64,000 bases of DNA from Octopus sinensis (Eukaryota), in assembly GCF_006345805.1 (NCBI RefSeq), contig NC_043010.1, positions 65,410,001 to 65,474,000 of the forward strand, read 5' to 3'. Below the pieces are notes generated by a model. It saw only the letters and a list, made by a program, of their open reading frames with translations, made no database searches and was not told where the DNA came from. Position 1 is the first letter of the stretch; each line of letters begins with the position of its first letter. This document shows, in pieces, positions 50,361 through 63,456 of this stretch. The position numbers and the translations under genes were made by a program.

Positions 50361-52287
50361 CATTCGTGATTTTTGGCTCATCCTTTATACACGGTAGAAG
50401 CAAACTAAACGTAATATAGATGCAAGAAAGATTTGAAAAACAATAACTAGCGACGGCTTTTAGAATACTTGTATACTAAAAATTTATCTGTACATTCGTC
50501 CGATAAAACTTTTAAAGTTAACCATACAAGATCTAGTTGACACTTAGGTGACAATAATAGTTATTTAGATAAATATCCAAGTAGTGTGAGTATAGAAAAC
50601 ACTTCATTGGTCCCTTTTTCTGAGAACCTCCCACTTGATACACTTAAAGCTAGGAGACAAAATGAGTGGGTAAACTTGAAGGGCAGAATCAGCAAGTCTA
50701 TTACAAGTTGTAATGGAGTTAACAGCGATTTGCAGCAGAAACAACTACAACAATAGTTCCATTTTAGTCAGATATTAACCGACTCAAAGGAAAAGCCGAT
50801 AATCATTTGTTTCAGTCAAAACGAATGAAGCACAAGAGCATTTACAAGAAGACTAACTAAACAAAAATTGCAGAAGAAAACTCGAATATATCGAAGAAGA
50901 CTAAATATGTAGAAACTTTAAGTGATTAAAAGCTAAGAAAGTCTGAAAGTAGAGTGAAATTCTACTATAACATACATAGGAATAAACGTATGATATATAT
51001 TATTTGCAACTGGTAATTAAACTTCTTATAATCTTAAAACTTAAGAGGAATACGAATAAAATGGTTACTGATATCTCTATTGATGACAACGTCTGTAGCA
51101 TTTAAGACAAAATTAACATCTATTTTAAGTCTATTCCTGATTCACCATAACTTTTGTCATACAGATATTACATAAATTTTATCTTACAGATATAACTGAC
51201 ATAGCATGCAATCATGCGATAATAATGGCATAAAATTTAGCATATTTGGGACTGACACAAATTCTTATACTTCCCAGCAAATATTATAGCAGCAGGACAG
51301 GCAGTGATATCATGTACAAAACAAAATAATATTATGCGAGAAAAATCTTAATTATTGATGGCTAACAAAAGAAATTGAATTTAACAGATTAAGAAAATCG
51401 CAAAATACAAGGAGTAACAATATTTGCCTGTGAAAGGCGGCGAGCTGGCAGAAGCGTTAGCACTCCGGGCGAAATGCTCACCAGTATTTCGTCTGTCTTA
51501 ATGTTCTGAGTTCAAATTCCGCTGAGGTCGACTTTGCCTTTCATCCTTTCGAAGTCGATAAATTAAGTACCAATTGCACACCAATTGCACACTCGGGCCT
51601 TGTGCCTAGATTAGGAAAGAATATTTGCCACTGAGACAAAGACAGAAATCATTGCCGGATTTATTGGTTAATGTAACGAGTCGATCGAATGTGCTGGACA
51701 TTTGCTAAACTGGTAAATAAGTTACGTAATGAAGAGATATCTATACTACAATAAACAATAAAGAAGAGAGATAAGAAAAGATACAAAATATAGTAAAGAC
51801 ACTCCAAGTCACCCAAGATGTCATATAGAACTTGAACATAAATATCCTGGATAATTACTTCGGTAATGTGGTATAAACTGGTAAATAAATGCAAATGGTG
51901 ATCCACCCTAAATCTTGCCGACTTCTTTCTTCTATCTATTTCGTTATTCTTACATAACTGTGTTCGTATATTAATGTTGATACATACACACACGCGCGCA
52001 CACCGACAAATGCATTCATGCGTGTGTACGTGTGCGTGTGCATGTCTATATGTGATTCTGTGTTTGCATATACATATATATATATATATATACAACTTAT
52101 ATGCAACTTTTATGCTGCGACATTTTCTGATGAAATTTTTTTCTGTAAAAAAGCTCTTCATACTATATTAGTAGTATATATATATATATATATATATTAT
52201 AGGAATGTAAACACACCAACACCGGTTGTCAAGCAATGATGGAAGATACACATAAAAAAAACACGCACACACACATATATATATATA

Positions 52288-53419
52288 TAGGGGTTGGACA
52301 AAATAATGGAAACACCTTAAAATTTCAAACAAATTTATTTTAATGCGGGATAGGACCGCCTTTGGCAGTAATTACTGCTTCAATTCTACGAGGTACGGAC
52401 TCCGTACAAAGTTTGAATTGTTTCCAAAGGATTTTGTCCATTCTTCAACTAAAACAGTCTCCAGTTCTTGTAATGAGGATGATAGAGGATATCGACTCCT
52501 TACTTGTTTTTCTAAAATGCACCATAAATGTTCAATAATATTGAGTTCTGGGGACTGTGGTGGTAAGATAAGATACTGAACTTCACTAGAATGTTCTTCG
52601 TGTTCAGATAAAATGCTTAAATAGTCTAGACTATAAATTCTGCCAAGAAGGGAAACCATTGGGCCGGCGGATTTCCATGATATAGCCCCGCCCAGATCAT
52701 CACAGACCCTCCTCCATATTTAACAGTTGGAAGAAGGCAGTCTGGGTCAAATGATTCTTTCGGCTGTCTCCACACGTATACTTGGCCGGTTGTCGGAAAT
52801 AAGGTAAAGGATGACACCCCGAGAAAATAACTTTCTTCCACGGCTCTAGGGACCAATTCTGTGAGTTTTTACTCCACTCTAAACGCTTTGCAACATCTGT
52901 TTTTGAATGTAGTCGTTTTCTGATTGCAGCTCTCATGTGAAATCCAACTTTGTGCAGCTCCCGGCGACCAATTTTTGTGGAAACCGGGTTCTCGAGGTCA
53001 TTAAGCTCCGCAGTAATTTTGGAAGCTGTACTTTTGTGATCCTTTCTAACAATTCGCGTAAGAGACCGACGGTCCCTATCTGAAAATTTTGGTTTTCTTT
53101 CGGAGTTTTGTTTCGACAAGGAGGTTTTTCCTTATTTCCCAAAGGCTGTCATTACTTTCGAGACAGTACTTCTAGTGTCTGCCATACGAGCGCCAACAAT
53201 TTGACCTCTTTGAAAGTCCGATAGATCTGTCATTTTAATGAATTTTAATTACCTATTTCTGATATCTGAAAAGAAAAAGCAATTTTAGCAAAACATATTA
53301 AGCAACACTAATAATAGATCAAAAAACATAAAAATAAACAAGCTTTTGACGGTTTAATAGATATTTCAAAATTATGATGCTATGATGCTAGGTGTTTCCA
53401 TTATTTTGTCCAATTCTTG
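52288..53419 (-). mobile_element. Tc1-like DNA transposon, frameshifted
   Basis: TIR core ttggacaaaataatggaaacacct at both ends within TA runs; WKKVIFS, ESSFTLF, TVKYGGGSVMIW and PPQSPELNIIEHLW motifs across three frames. Confidence 0.9.
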
Positions 53420-53624
53420 TATATATATATATATACGACAGGCTGCTTTCAGTTTCCGTCAACCAAATCCACTCATAAGGCATTGGTTGGTCCGAGGGTA
53501 TATTAGAAGAGACATGCCTAATGTGCGACGCATTGGGACAGAACCAGGAACTATGTGGTTGGTGGACAAGCTTCTTACCACACAGCCGCGCCTATATAAA
53601 AGTAAAAAATTTAATATCTGGTCA

Positions 53625-53687
53625 TAGAGTGACCAATGGTTTTGCATCAAAAAGGACGTAGCTACGTGGACAACTCATCAGACTCTA
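53625..53687 (-). ncRNA. Type-I hammerhead-like motif with G12A substitution
   Basis: UAGAGU CUGAUGA G...C AAAA CCA-U-UGG UC ACUCUA: perfect 6-bp stem I, GUC triplet, AAAA in place of GAAA. Confidence 0.45.
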
Positions 53688-53855
53688 GTCCGAGGACAAA
53701 AATATTAATTTTGTCCTCGGACATTATTTTTTTTTTTTACTTTAATACTCTATTACCTTAGAGATTGCTTTTTATTCAAATATTTGAATCATTGACAATC
53801 ATTATATGTATATATGATTGTATATATGTATATATGATTCCATATGTATATATGG

Positions 53856-54090
53856 AAGGTGGCGAGCTGGCAGAAACGGTAGCACGCCGGGCGAAATGCG
53901 TAGCCGTATTTCGTCTGCCGTTACATTCTGAGTTCAAATTCCGCCGAGGTTGACTTTGCCTTTCATCCTTTCGGGGTCGATAAATTAAGTACCAGTTACG
54001 CACTGGGGTCGATGGAATCGACTTAATCCCTTTGTCTGTCCTCCTTGTTTGTCCCCTCTATGTTTAGCCCCTTGTGGGTAGTAAAGAAAT
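53856..54090 (+). mobile_element. SINE family B, full length
   Basis: Consensus-like, ends gtgggtagtaaagaaata. Confidence 0.9.
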
Positions 54091-54150
54091 AAATATATGT
54101 ATATATGTATGTATGTATGTATGAATAGACAGATAGAGAGAGAGAGAGAA

Positions 54151-54183
<33 letters not shown>

Positions 54184-54605
54184 TATGTGCGTGTGTGTGT
54201 GTGTTTGTGACTAAGTGTGTGTGAATGGGCGACGGTGTATATATGAATGCGTGTGTGTGAACAAAGTAAAAAAAAGTTCTCTTTCCACAAACCACATCTA
54301 CCCTGCTCCATCACTCCCCCTCACCCGAACGTCTACGACCACGCTGTGATCACGTGCTGAACGTTCATCACACAAAAACCCTAATCTCAACTTTTGATAG
54401 CTACCTTTGATTAGGAACATGATTACTTTGGTGATGATGATGATGATGATGATCATCATCATCATCATCATCGGGAAATTAGTCATTTACTTTTGCTCGT
54501 GTTCGTATTAATGTGTGTATGTAAGAATGTATGTATGCATGTAAGCATATATGCAAATATGTACGCTTCTATGAATGTATGTATGTATATATGCATCAAA
54601 TACGT

Positions 54606-54777
<172 letters not shown>

Positions 54778-55066
54778 ACGAAAGAGAGAGAGATACAGGT
54801 AGGTAGATATTTATATATAAATAGAAAATAAAAACTGTTGAAGTCAAAAGGAGGTACACAGCAAATGTGTTAGGTTGACGTTCAGTTTAAGTCAGAAGAG
54901 AGAGGTAAAATGTAACGTTTCGAGCCTTGTTCATCGTCAGAAAGAGGAGAAAGGAAAGGTCCAGAGAGGAAGCAAAATAGTCTACGAAAAGCAAGTTACA
55001 TGGCTGAAGTGACATACACATACATCCATATATACGCTATATTATATATACATACCTACATATATA

Positions 55067-55097
<31 letters not shown>

Positions 55098-55233
55098 TAT
55101 TTATTTTATAGAAGGAGCTTCTACAGGACTAGAACTGTGTTTCATTCAAATGAAATCATCAGGAAGCTTCCTGATGATTTCATTTGAATGAAACAGTTCT
55201 AGTCCTGTAGAAGCTCCTTCTATAAAATAAATA
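55098..55233. repeat. 136-bp spacer-free palindrome
   Basis: Arms 55098-55166 and 55167-55233 centred on GGAAG|CTTCC; identical apart from a 2-bp insertion in the left arm. Confidence 0.95.
55165..55215 (+). ncRNA. Type-I hammerhead-like ribozyme motif (right arm of palindrome)
   Basis: Stem I AGCUUC/GAAGCU; core CUGAUGA; stem II U-UUC-AUUU-GAA-U; GAAA; stem III CAG/CUG with 8-nt loop; GUA cleavage triplet (after 55209). Confidence 0.6.
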
Positions 55234-55300
55234 AATTTACTCTGCTATGTATTGAGTACCTTATTTACTGTGGTTAACTCCGACTCAACCCGGGACCTAC

Positions 55301-55346
<46 letters not shown>

Positions 55347-55724
55347 CATAAGTGTGTTTGTGTGTGTGCTTGTATGCATATATGTTTGTTTGTATGTTTC
55401 ATACATGTCTGAACGCATCTGATTTTCTTGTTAGGATGTCGGTCTCTCAATCATCAACTCGCACGTTCGATTCCTAGACTGGGTACCATATTTTGTCTTT
55501 GGGCAATGCACATTATTTCATGATGCTACTCGACTTAAAATGAGTACCAGCTAGGTCCTGATGATATAGCTCTCGCTCTCGCACTCTCTCTCTCTCTCTC
55601 TCTCTCACTTTCTCCAACTCTCCCTCTCTCTCTCTTGCACTCTCTCTCTTCTCTCTCTCTCTCTCTCCCCCTCTCTTTCTCTCTCTCCCCTCTATCTTCT
55701 CTCTCTTCTCTTCTCCTCTCTTTC

Positions 55725-55768
<44 letters not shown>

Positions 55769-56643
55769 GCTGTCATACTCTCGATGTTTCGTTGAGTCAA
55801 GTGTTAGAAAGCTGAGGTGAAGGTTGTGTCGGCTTGTGGATATATAAAAACCCTAAAGTTATTAGTGAAAACGTGGTAAAATCAACCATACTCACCAGTG
55901 AGTAACGGCTAAACATGTATGTATGTATGGATGGATGGATGGATGGATGGATGGATGGATGGATAGATCAGGCACGTGCCGTCAGTAATTACTCTGGTGG
56001 GCAGTTGGTAACGTTGACAGGCGAAACATAGGCGCGCGACTGAGTTGTTGGCAGATTTACTTCTGCCTTTATAGCACGTAAAGGAAACGTTGTTGTAGGA
56101 ATGTACGCAGCACGTGTACTACAGCAGAACTATGCGTAGCTTAAATACCGAGATTGAAAAACAGAGGCAAATTATGCCAAAACCTAATCTAGAAAACAAT
56201 AAAATATTTTGTATTTTATGCATAGTAATCAGAGTAACCTTCATGATTTTATTGAATTAACTGTCTATTTTGCAATAAAAGGAAAATATCATTATCGATC
56301 TATTTCATTCAGAAAGGCGCGGAGGTTGGGCGTTCTAAGCGGGAAGAGAAAGGGTGGAAGGAAGAGGAAGGAAAAACAAAACAGGCGGCAAAGAGAGAGA
56401 GAGAGAGAGAGAGTGCGGGAAGAAGAGAGATAAAAAGAGTAAATATGTGCGTTTGTATATACATCATTATATATGCGCCTGTGTATGCTCAGGTACACAT
56501 GTATGCAAGCCTATAGTCATTAATGTATATGTATATAAGCATGCATGCAGGTATGTATACATAAGTATAGAGAGAGAGGGAGATATAGACAGAGAGAGAG
56601 AATGAGAGAAGGGAGAGAAAAACATTAATAGGCAGACAGATAA

Positions 56644-56702
<59 letters not shown>

Positions 56703-56816
56703 TGTGTCTAATTATGTGTGCATGTGTATATATGCATGCATGTATGTATGTATGTATGTATGTATGTATGTATGTATGTATGTGTGTATGTATGTATGTA
56801 TGTATGTGTATATATT

Positions 56817-56859
<43 letters not shown>

Positions 56860-57231
56860 AATATATAAAGGAATACAAAAAATGGGGCAAGAACGCAAAA
56901 CATCTAGACAGACGAAACAAAAAGGGACAAGAAAAAACAAGGACTGGTCATTCGGTGTTTTTTTTCCTCAGTCGAGTTCCAGATTATCTTTGCAATTTCG
57001 GCTGGTTATACTCGAGATTACTCCTATTTGACCAGCCCCAAGGAAAAACTAAGCTAAGAGCAGTAGATTCCCAGGAAGAAAGCAGTGAATGTATACGAAA
57101 ACAAGGACGGAAAAAAATGGAGAAATGGTACACAAACACACATGCAAATAACAGGACATAACAACAGGTCTCTTTCGACTAAGGACGAATTAAATTATAT
57201 ATATATATACATATATATGTATGTATGTTTG

Positions 57232-57265
<34 letters not shown>

Positions 57266-57439
57266 TGTATGTATGTATGTATGTATGTATGTATGTATGT
57301 ATGCATGTATGTATATTTATATAATTAAAAAACCGTGTTGTAAATAAATAAACGTGTACTAAATAGAAAGGCGAACAGAAAACAGAAAATCGCCAACTCT
57401 TCAACAGTTACCGGCCAGAGGGTCAAACGCAATTGAGGC

Positions 57440-57592
57440 CGTTATCGGCATACATACATGCATACATACATACATACATACATACATACATACATACATA
57501 CATACATACATACACATACATACATATACATATAACATGCATATATGTATGCAAGCATAGATATATATATACATACATATACATGCATAATG

Positions 57593-57623
<31 letters not shown>

Positions 57624-57861
57624 CCTCGTGTATATACGTATATATACATACACATGTTTATGCATGTTTGTGTGTGTATATATATATATATATATACGTA
57701 CGTATGTACGTACATACATACAAACATACAAACATACATACATACATACATACATACATACATACATACATACATACTTACATACATATATACATACATA
57801 CATACTTACATACATACATATATACATACATACATACATACATACATACATACATACATAC

Positions 57862-57892
<31 letters not shown>

Positions 57893-58000
57893 CAGACAGA
57901 CAAACATACATACATACATACATACATACATACATACATACATACATACATACATACATACAATCATACATACATACATACATTCATGCGTACATATAAT
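57440..58000. repeat. Compound (TACA)n/(TA)n microsatellite, representative of dozens in the window
   Basis: Direct inspection; also (GATA)n 1200-1300, (TAGG)n 58460-58580, (AAT)n 6592-6715, (TTA)n 7350-7447, (AGT)n 33478-33547, (CT)n 55570-55770. Confidence 0.95.
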
Positions 58001-58196
58001 TATATCGAATTCCAAGGAATTGATAAGCTAATTAGGTTTTTTGTTTCGCTCTTTTATCAGTTTTCTGTTTAATTTTACATTTCTTTTCGTCTTCTTTCCC
58101 TTCTCATCTCCCTTTCTCTCCCGTTCTCTCTCTTTCTTTTTGTGCATGTTTGTGTAAGTGTGTGTGAGTGTGCAAGTGTGTGTGAGTGTGTGAGTT

Positions 58197-58227
<31 letters not shown>

Positions 58228-58640
58228 TATCGTTGTACTAACATAACTCAAGTACGATAAGTGATATGCATACATGCGTACCCACACACAATTTTACGTA
58301 TATAACTAAACTTCCTGACAGTTTACAACCATATACACTTATGTGTATGCATTTGCATGTGTATTTGTTTATGTATATGTATTACATGTATGTATGTATA
58401 TATTATATATATTATATATAGATAGATAGATATAGATATATTATAAATATTTATGTATGTAGGTAAGTAGGTAAGTAGGTAGGTAGGTAGGTAGGTAGGT
58501 AGGTAGGTAGGTAGGTAGGTAGGTAGGTAGGTAGGTAGGTAAGTAGGTAGGTAGGTAGGTAGGTAGGTAGGTATGTAGGTAGAATATGTGGTGTTTAGTT
58601 TACTGGTGATCTAAATGCTGTGTGAGTGTTATAATTGATC

Positions 58641-58732
<92 letters not shown>

Positions 58733-59084
58733 TAGCGACAGGTATTCTCTGTATAGAATATACCTCGTACTGTTTGTGCAGGTAGGGGAGTAAATGTAAG
58801 GACAAGCAAGTTAGGCAGGTCAGTATTCAAAAAGTGTTAAATACATTTAATACAAAGCAGCTACTTATGCATATATATAAAAGAAATGCGACTTATACAG
58901 AATGGAAACGATTATGATTCTGTGGTGTTATTTATTCTTGTAAACACAGGTACTATTCATATTTCACGCACTTCGCCAAATGTATATAATCCTATAATAA
59001 GTTTGCATATCTCCCAAAAACACTTTAATCCAAGACAATGTCAGCCTTGCAACCTACTACTTAAAAATTACTAACCCTGTCTCC

Positions 59085-59122
<38 letters not shown>

Positions 59123-59145
59123 ATACACACATCTCCAATTTCTTC

Positions 59146-59190
<45 letters not shown>

Positions 59191-60249
59191 CTAAAGTGAC
59201 AGAACAGATGGTACTAAGTAGTACCAGTATTGCTAGAAATAAGAGTCAAAACAACTCAATAGCCATAGAACTACCTTAATGATTGACAAGGGAGCTAAGC
59301 TCCCTACAACAGCAGATATAGCCAGATCACCGGTAATTTCGAATTTTGATGCTGGAGCTTCTTAATTCTCATCGGTGATTCTTACCGCGCTCTTCATTGC
59401 AATTTATATATTTTTGCTGTTGTTATTTAGCGAGTGTTGTCTGTGAGAGACTATAGGACATTTCAAGGCTGTTTACACTGATTTCAGATCTCCAACTCCT
59501 TTATCTTTTCTTCCATATTTCTAGAGATTTCTAGTTGATATCGGAATCTTGAGGATTTTAACGCCTATGTAGTGGTTTACTTTTATATATGTATGTATGC
59601 AAGCATGTATGTATGTATGTATGTATGCATGTAGCTATCTATTTAACTATACACACATACATATATCTATGCATATATATATGTGTGTGTGTGTATATGT
59701 ATGTAGACAGACATATATGTATATATACATATACATGCACATGCGTATATAAATATGTATATGCATGTGCCTATATATATATACATACATGCATGCATGC
59801 ATACATACATACATACATACATACATACATACATACATACATACATACATACATACATACATACGTGATAGCAGTATGTATTCGAAATGCAATGATGGTG
59901 TGTCAACGCTGAGCTTTATTCTTTGGAGTTGATGCGTCTGGTTTAGCATTAGAATAGCTTGATAGTAATTGCATAAATGACGTCAGTCTGTAAGGTGCCA
60001 TTACGTCTTCTTCTCCTTATTACTTAGATTGACGAGGTAGGTCACTGCTCAAAGCATTCCTGAAGCTGGGATGCGTGTAGGAGATGTTTGGCTGAAGTTT
60101 ATGAATTAATGATAATAAGTATAGTAATTACAATAATATTCCATTTGTTTTCTTTCGTAGAAGTGATTGAAGACAAAATATAGGCATTTATCAATAAATA
60201 GAAATGACTAAAGGCTAGAAGACATTAAACCTTCACTCACCTCATAGGT

Positions 60250-60450
60250 GTGGAAGCGCATGTCTTAGTGGTTAGGATGTTAGACTCATCATCGTAAGAT
60301 TGCGGTTTCGATCCCTGGACCGGGTGATTCGTTTTGTTCTTGAGCAAACACTTAATTTCACATTACGCTAGTTTACTCAGCTGACAAAAATGAATAATCC
60401 TGTAACAGGCCGGAGTCCTGTCCAGGAGGAATATATATCCACCAAAGAAA
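60250..60450 (+). mobile_element. Third tRNA-derived SINE family (decayed)
   Basis: gcgcatgtcttagtggttagg...ggtttcgatccc head plus ttcttgagcaaacac core; relatives at about 16158-16320 and 55436-55560. Confidence 0.6.
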
Positions 60451-60477
60451 CTAGAACACTGGCCCCTAATTAGTAGT

Positions 60478-60920
60478 AAGCCTTCCCTCACCTGGTGAGA
60501 GACAAACCTTAATTCACCTTGTAGACAGCAAACCTTCATTTGACCAATGAATATTGAGGATCCTTTCACCTCGTAGGTGTTAAACTTCGTAGGGGATAAC
60601 CTTCACTAACCAAGTGAGAGCTCTTAACTCATCTAGGAAGAGATAGACTATCATTCATCTAATAAACGGTAAACTTTCACTCACCTTGTGAAAGATGAAC
60701 GTTCACTCCCCAGATGAGAGATAAGCCTTCACTCACCTTGTGAAACATAAGCCTTCCCTCACCTAGTAAGAGACAGAGCTTTATTACAGAGTGTAATTTA
60801 AGCTTTCACACACACAATGAGAGATAACCTTCACTCATCTAGTGACAAGTATTCCTTCACTCACCTAGTTAGATTTAAACTTTCGCTCATCTAACGTAAC
60901 GCAAACATTCACTTATATAG
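60478..60920. repeat. Degenerate ~26-bp tandem array (aagccttcactcacctagtgagagat-like)
   Basis: Recurrent ccttcactcacct core about every 26 bp; an isolated unit at 60227-60247 lies on the other side of a SINE. Confidence 0.7.
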
Positions 60921-62452
60921 GATGTTCAAAAAGTCTCTCCGCAGAGAATTTTTTTAGAAGAGTTAACCTAAGTATTTTAGAAGAGTCAACTTTTTTTAGA
61001 TGAGTCATCTTATGTAATGAAAATAAAGGACGATACTTTCAACACTTCTTATAAAGTTTTTTAAAGTTTTGTAAAGTATAATATATTTTTTTTTCGTCTT
61101 ATACCATCTTATAAATATTTATTTGCCGAAGAAAATACTTACAGCGGAGAGACCTTTTGAACACCCTGTATAACAGAAGGTAAATCTTCACCCTGTTACA
61201 GACTGCAGCCTCGTGCTGCTGCGTCTTTCCGTCTTCTGCCTTTATACAGCGGTTCCTGTTTCTGTGGAGTAGAAAGTTTTGTATTACCTTCACCTAGTAC
61301 CTCTGTGTCACCCCGAACCCAAACCCTATACAAAGTACATATTTAACCCAATCCTTTTCACTCGATTCCCTACGACTACTATCTAGTTCAGTGGTTCTCC
61401 TATAAACCCTTTTGATTCCTATTTTATTCCTGTGGACCCTAGTAGCCATTTGATGCTTTAAAAAATCCCATTTTTATCATTAAATATTATTAGGAATTGT
61501 ATTAAAAATAATTCAAATATCTCTTCTGAAGTATAACCAGTTTATTGTACATAAATTTTAACAACAAGATCTTATGTAGACCCGTAAGCGTCATGTTGGC
61601 CCCGATTGTGAACGACTAGCTGAAGTTCAAGATGATCAACATTCAATTGCCTGAACAGTACCAACCTGTGAAACCTATGAGCACCACTTTGTGCTTTTCT
61701 GTCTAAATAATACAAAAGTGTGAGGAGAGACAGGGTGAGAGCAATGGAACATGGCCACACTTGTTTGCGGTTTAATAAAACATGTTCAGATGTGAAGGGA
61801 TTGACGTAGAAGTTGTGTATAAAGCTGTGGTAGGATAGAAGTAGACTGCAGACCAGACTTGCAAAGGTCGTAATCATTTTGTAGTTTCGATCAAGCGGAC
61901 CTAGAACCAAAGGTATTCCAACAATGGCCATTTTACCTTTTTCAACCATTGGGCTACATTGTCTAATTTGTTTTTCACTTTTTAAGACAGTAGGGTGGGA
62001 TTTGACGGAGATTTTGCTGCTGCTTCTAGCAGGTCAAATGATCAGATACAGTCTTCTACGCTGGCCTCTGATCGGTCACGTTGTTGGAGCAAAGATAATT
62101 TATGTGTACAGTAATTGTCAGCGTGTTACATGACTGGTGTCTATTACGTCAGAGGTCACAGTACGGCAAGTGTTAGTAAGTCGAAGTCAAATGACATCAT
62201 CTTCAGCTAATCACATCAATTTCCGGAGATGTTAAGTGAAGGTCAACATTTAAGCTTTTTAATCAAACATGATTAAAGCCATAATGAAGAGAAAAATCTA
62301 TTAAAGATTATTCTTTAATGATTATTCTTGCCATGAAAGGATAAGAACAAAAGTTCAATAACTAAAGTACCCCTCCCGTTGTGTTTATTCAATTGGAATT
62401 TTGCAGTTGCCCCCCACCCTTTGCATTACAAACACACACACCACACACACAC

Positions 62453-62519
<67 letters not shown>

Positions 62520-63032
62520 GATGGGCTTCTTTCAGCTCCGTCTAGCAAATCCACTCACAAAGCTTTGGTCGACCACACAGCCATACGTAAATATGTTTAC
62601 AGACTTGTATCTGTGTGCAAGTGTAATGACTATATCCTTATGCTCTTGCTTGTGTGTTCATATATTTTTTCATATATATGTCAATCCGTATTTCTATTGC
62701 CTATGTGTATATCCTTATGAGTGTTTATGCTGTTTGATATCACTACATGTTATAATGTATTCCATTTTCCCCTTAAATCTCTCTTGATTTAGCTGACAGA
62801 TTTTAAATTTTATTATCACCCACACTCCAGTTATTATTTTTGATCAATGATTTCAGAAAAACAGAAATGCGCACCAACCGGAGCATCAAGTTCCAGATAG
62901 GATAGTGTGCAAGACATTGATAAGGTGAGGTACAAGGCTGCATAATGTTTCTTCAGCAACTGTGTAATCATTTCGGCATTTTGTTGAAACGCGTGTATGT
63001 CCAATAAAACATTGAATGGCATACCTCTTTCC

Positions 63033-63362
63033 ACATGCTTCCCAACCACATGGTTCCGAGTTCAGTTCCACTGCGTCGGGCCGACCAAAGCCTTGTGATT
63101 GAATTTGGTAGACGGAAACTGAAAGAAGCCCGTCGTATATATATATATGAATATATTTGTGTGTTTGTGTCTGTTTGTCCCCCACCATCGCTTGACAACC
63201 GATGTTGGTGTGTTATGTACCCATAACTTAGTGGTTCAGCAAAAGAGATCCGATGGAATAAATACTAGGCTTACAAACAATAAGTCATGGGATCAATGTG
63301 TTCGACTAAAGGCGGTACTCCAGTATGGCCACGGTCAAATGGCCGAAAGAAGTAAAAGAAAA
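63033..63362 (+). mobile_element. SINE family A
   Basis: ccacatggttccgagttcagttcc head to aaaagaa tail. Confidence 0.85.
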
Positions 63363-63456
63363 TATATCTATATACATGCACAAATATATTTATTTGACCC
63401 TCACCGGAGAGACGAGTTTCAGAGAGCACAACTATATCAAGGGAATATTATTTTAA

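Noticed and set aside
55960-56150. CpG-rich patch with two CACGTG E-boxes as an enhancer
   Set aside because: Short motifs are expected by chance; no independent support from sequence alone.
61572-61949. 125-aa minus-strand ORF
   Set aside because: GTG start, no recognisable domain or splice signals; a + frame has only faint helicase-like words, more consistent with decayed transposon or chance.
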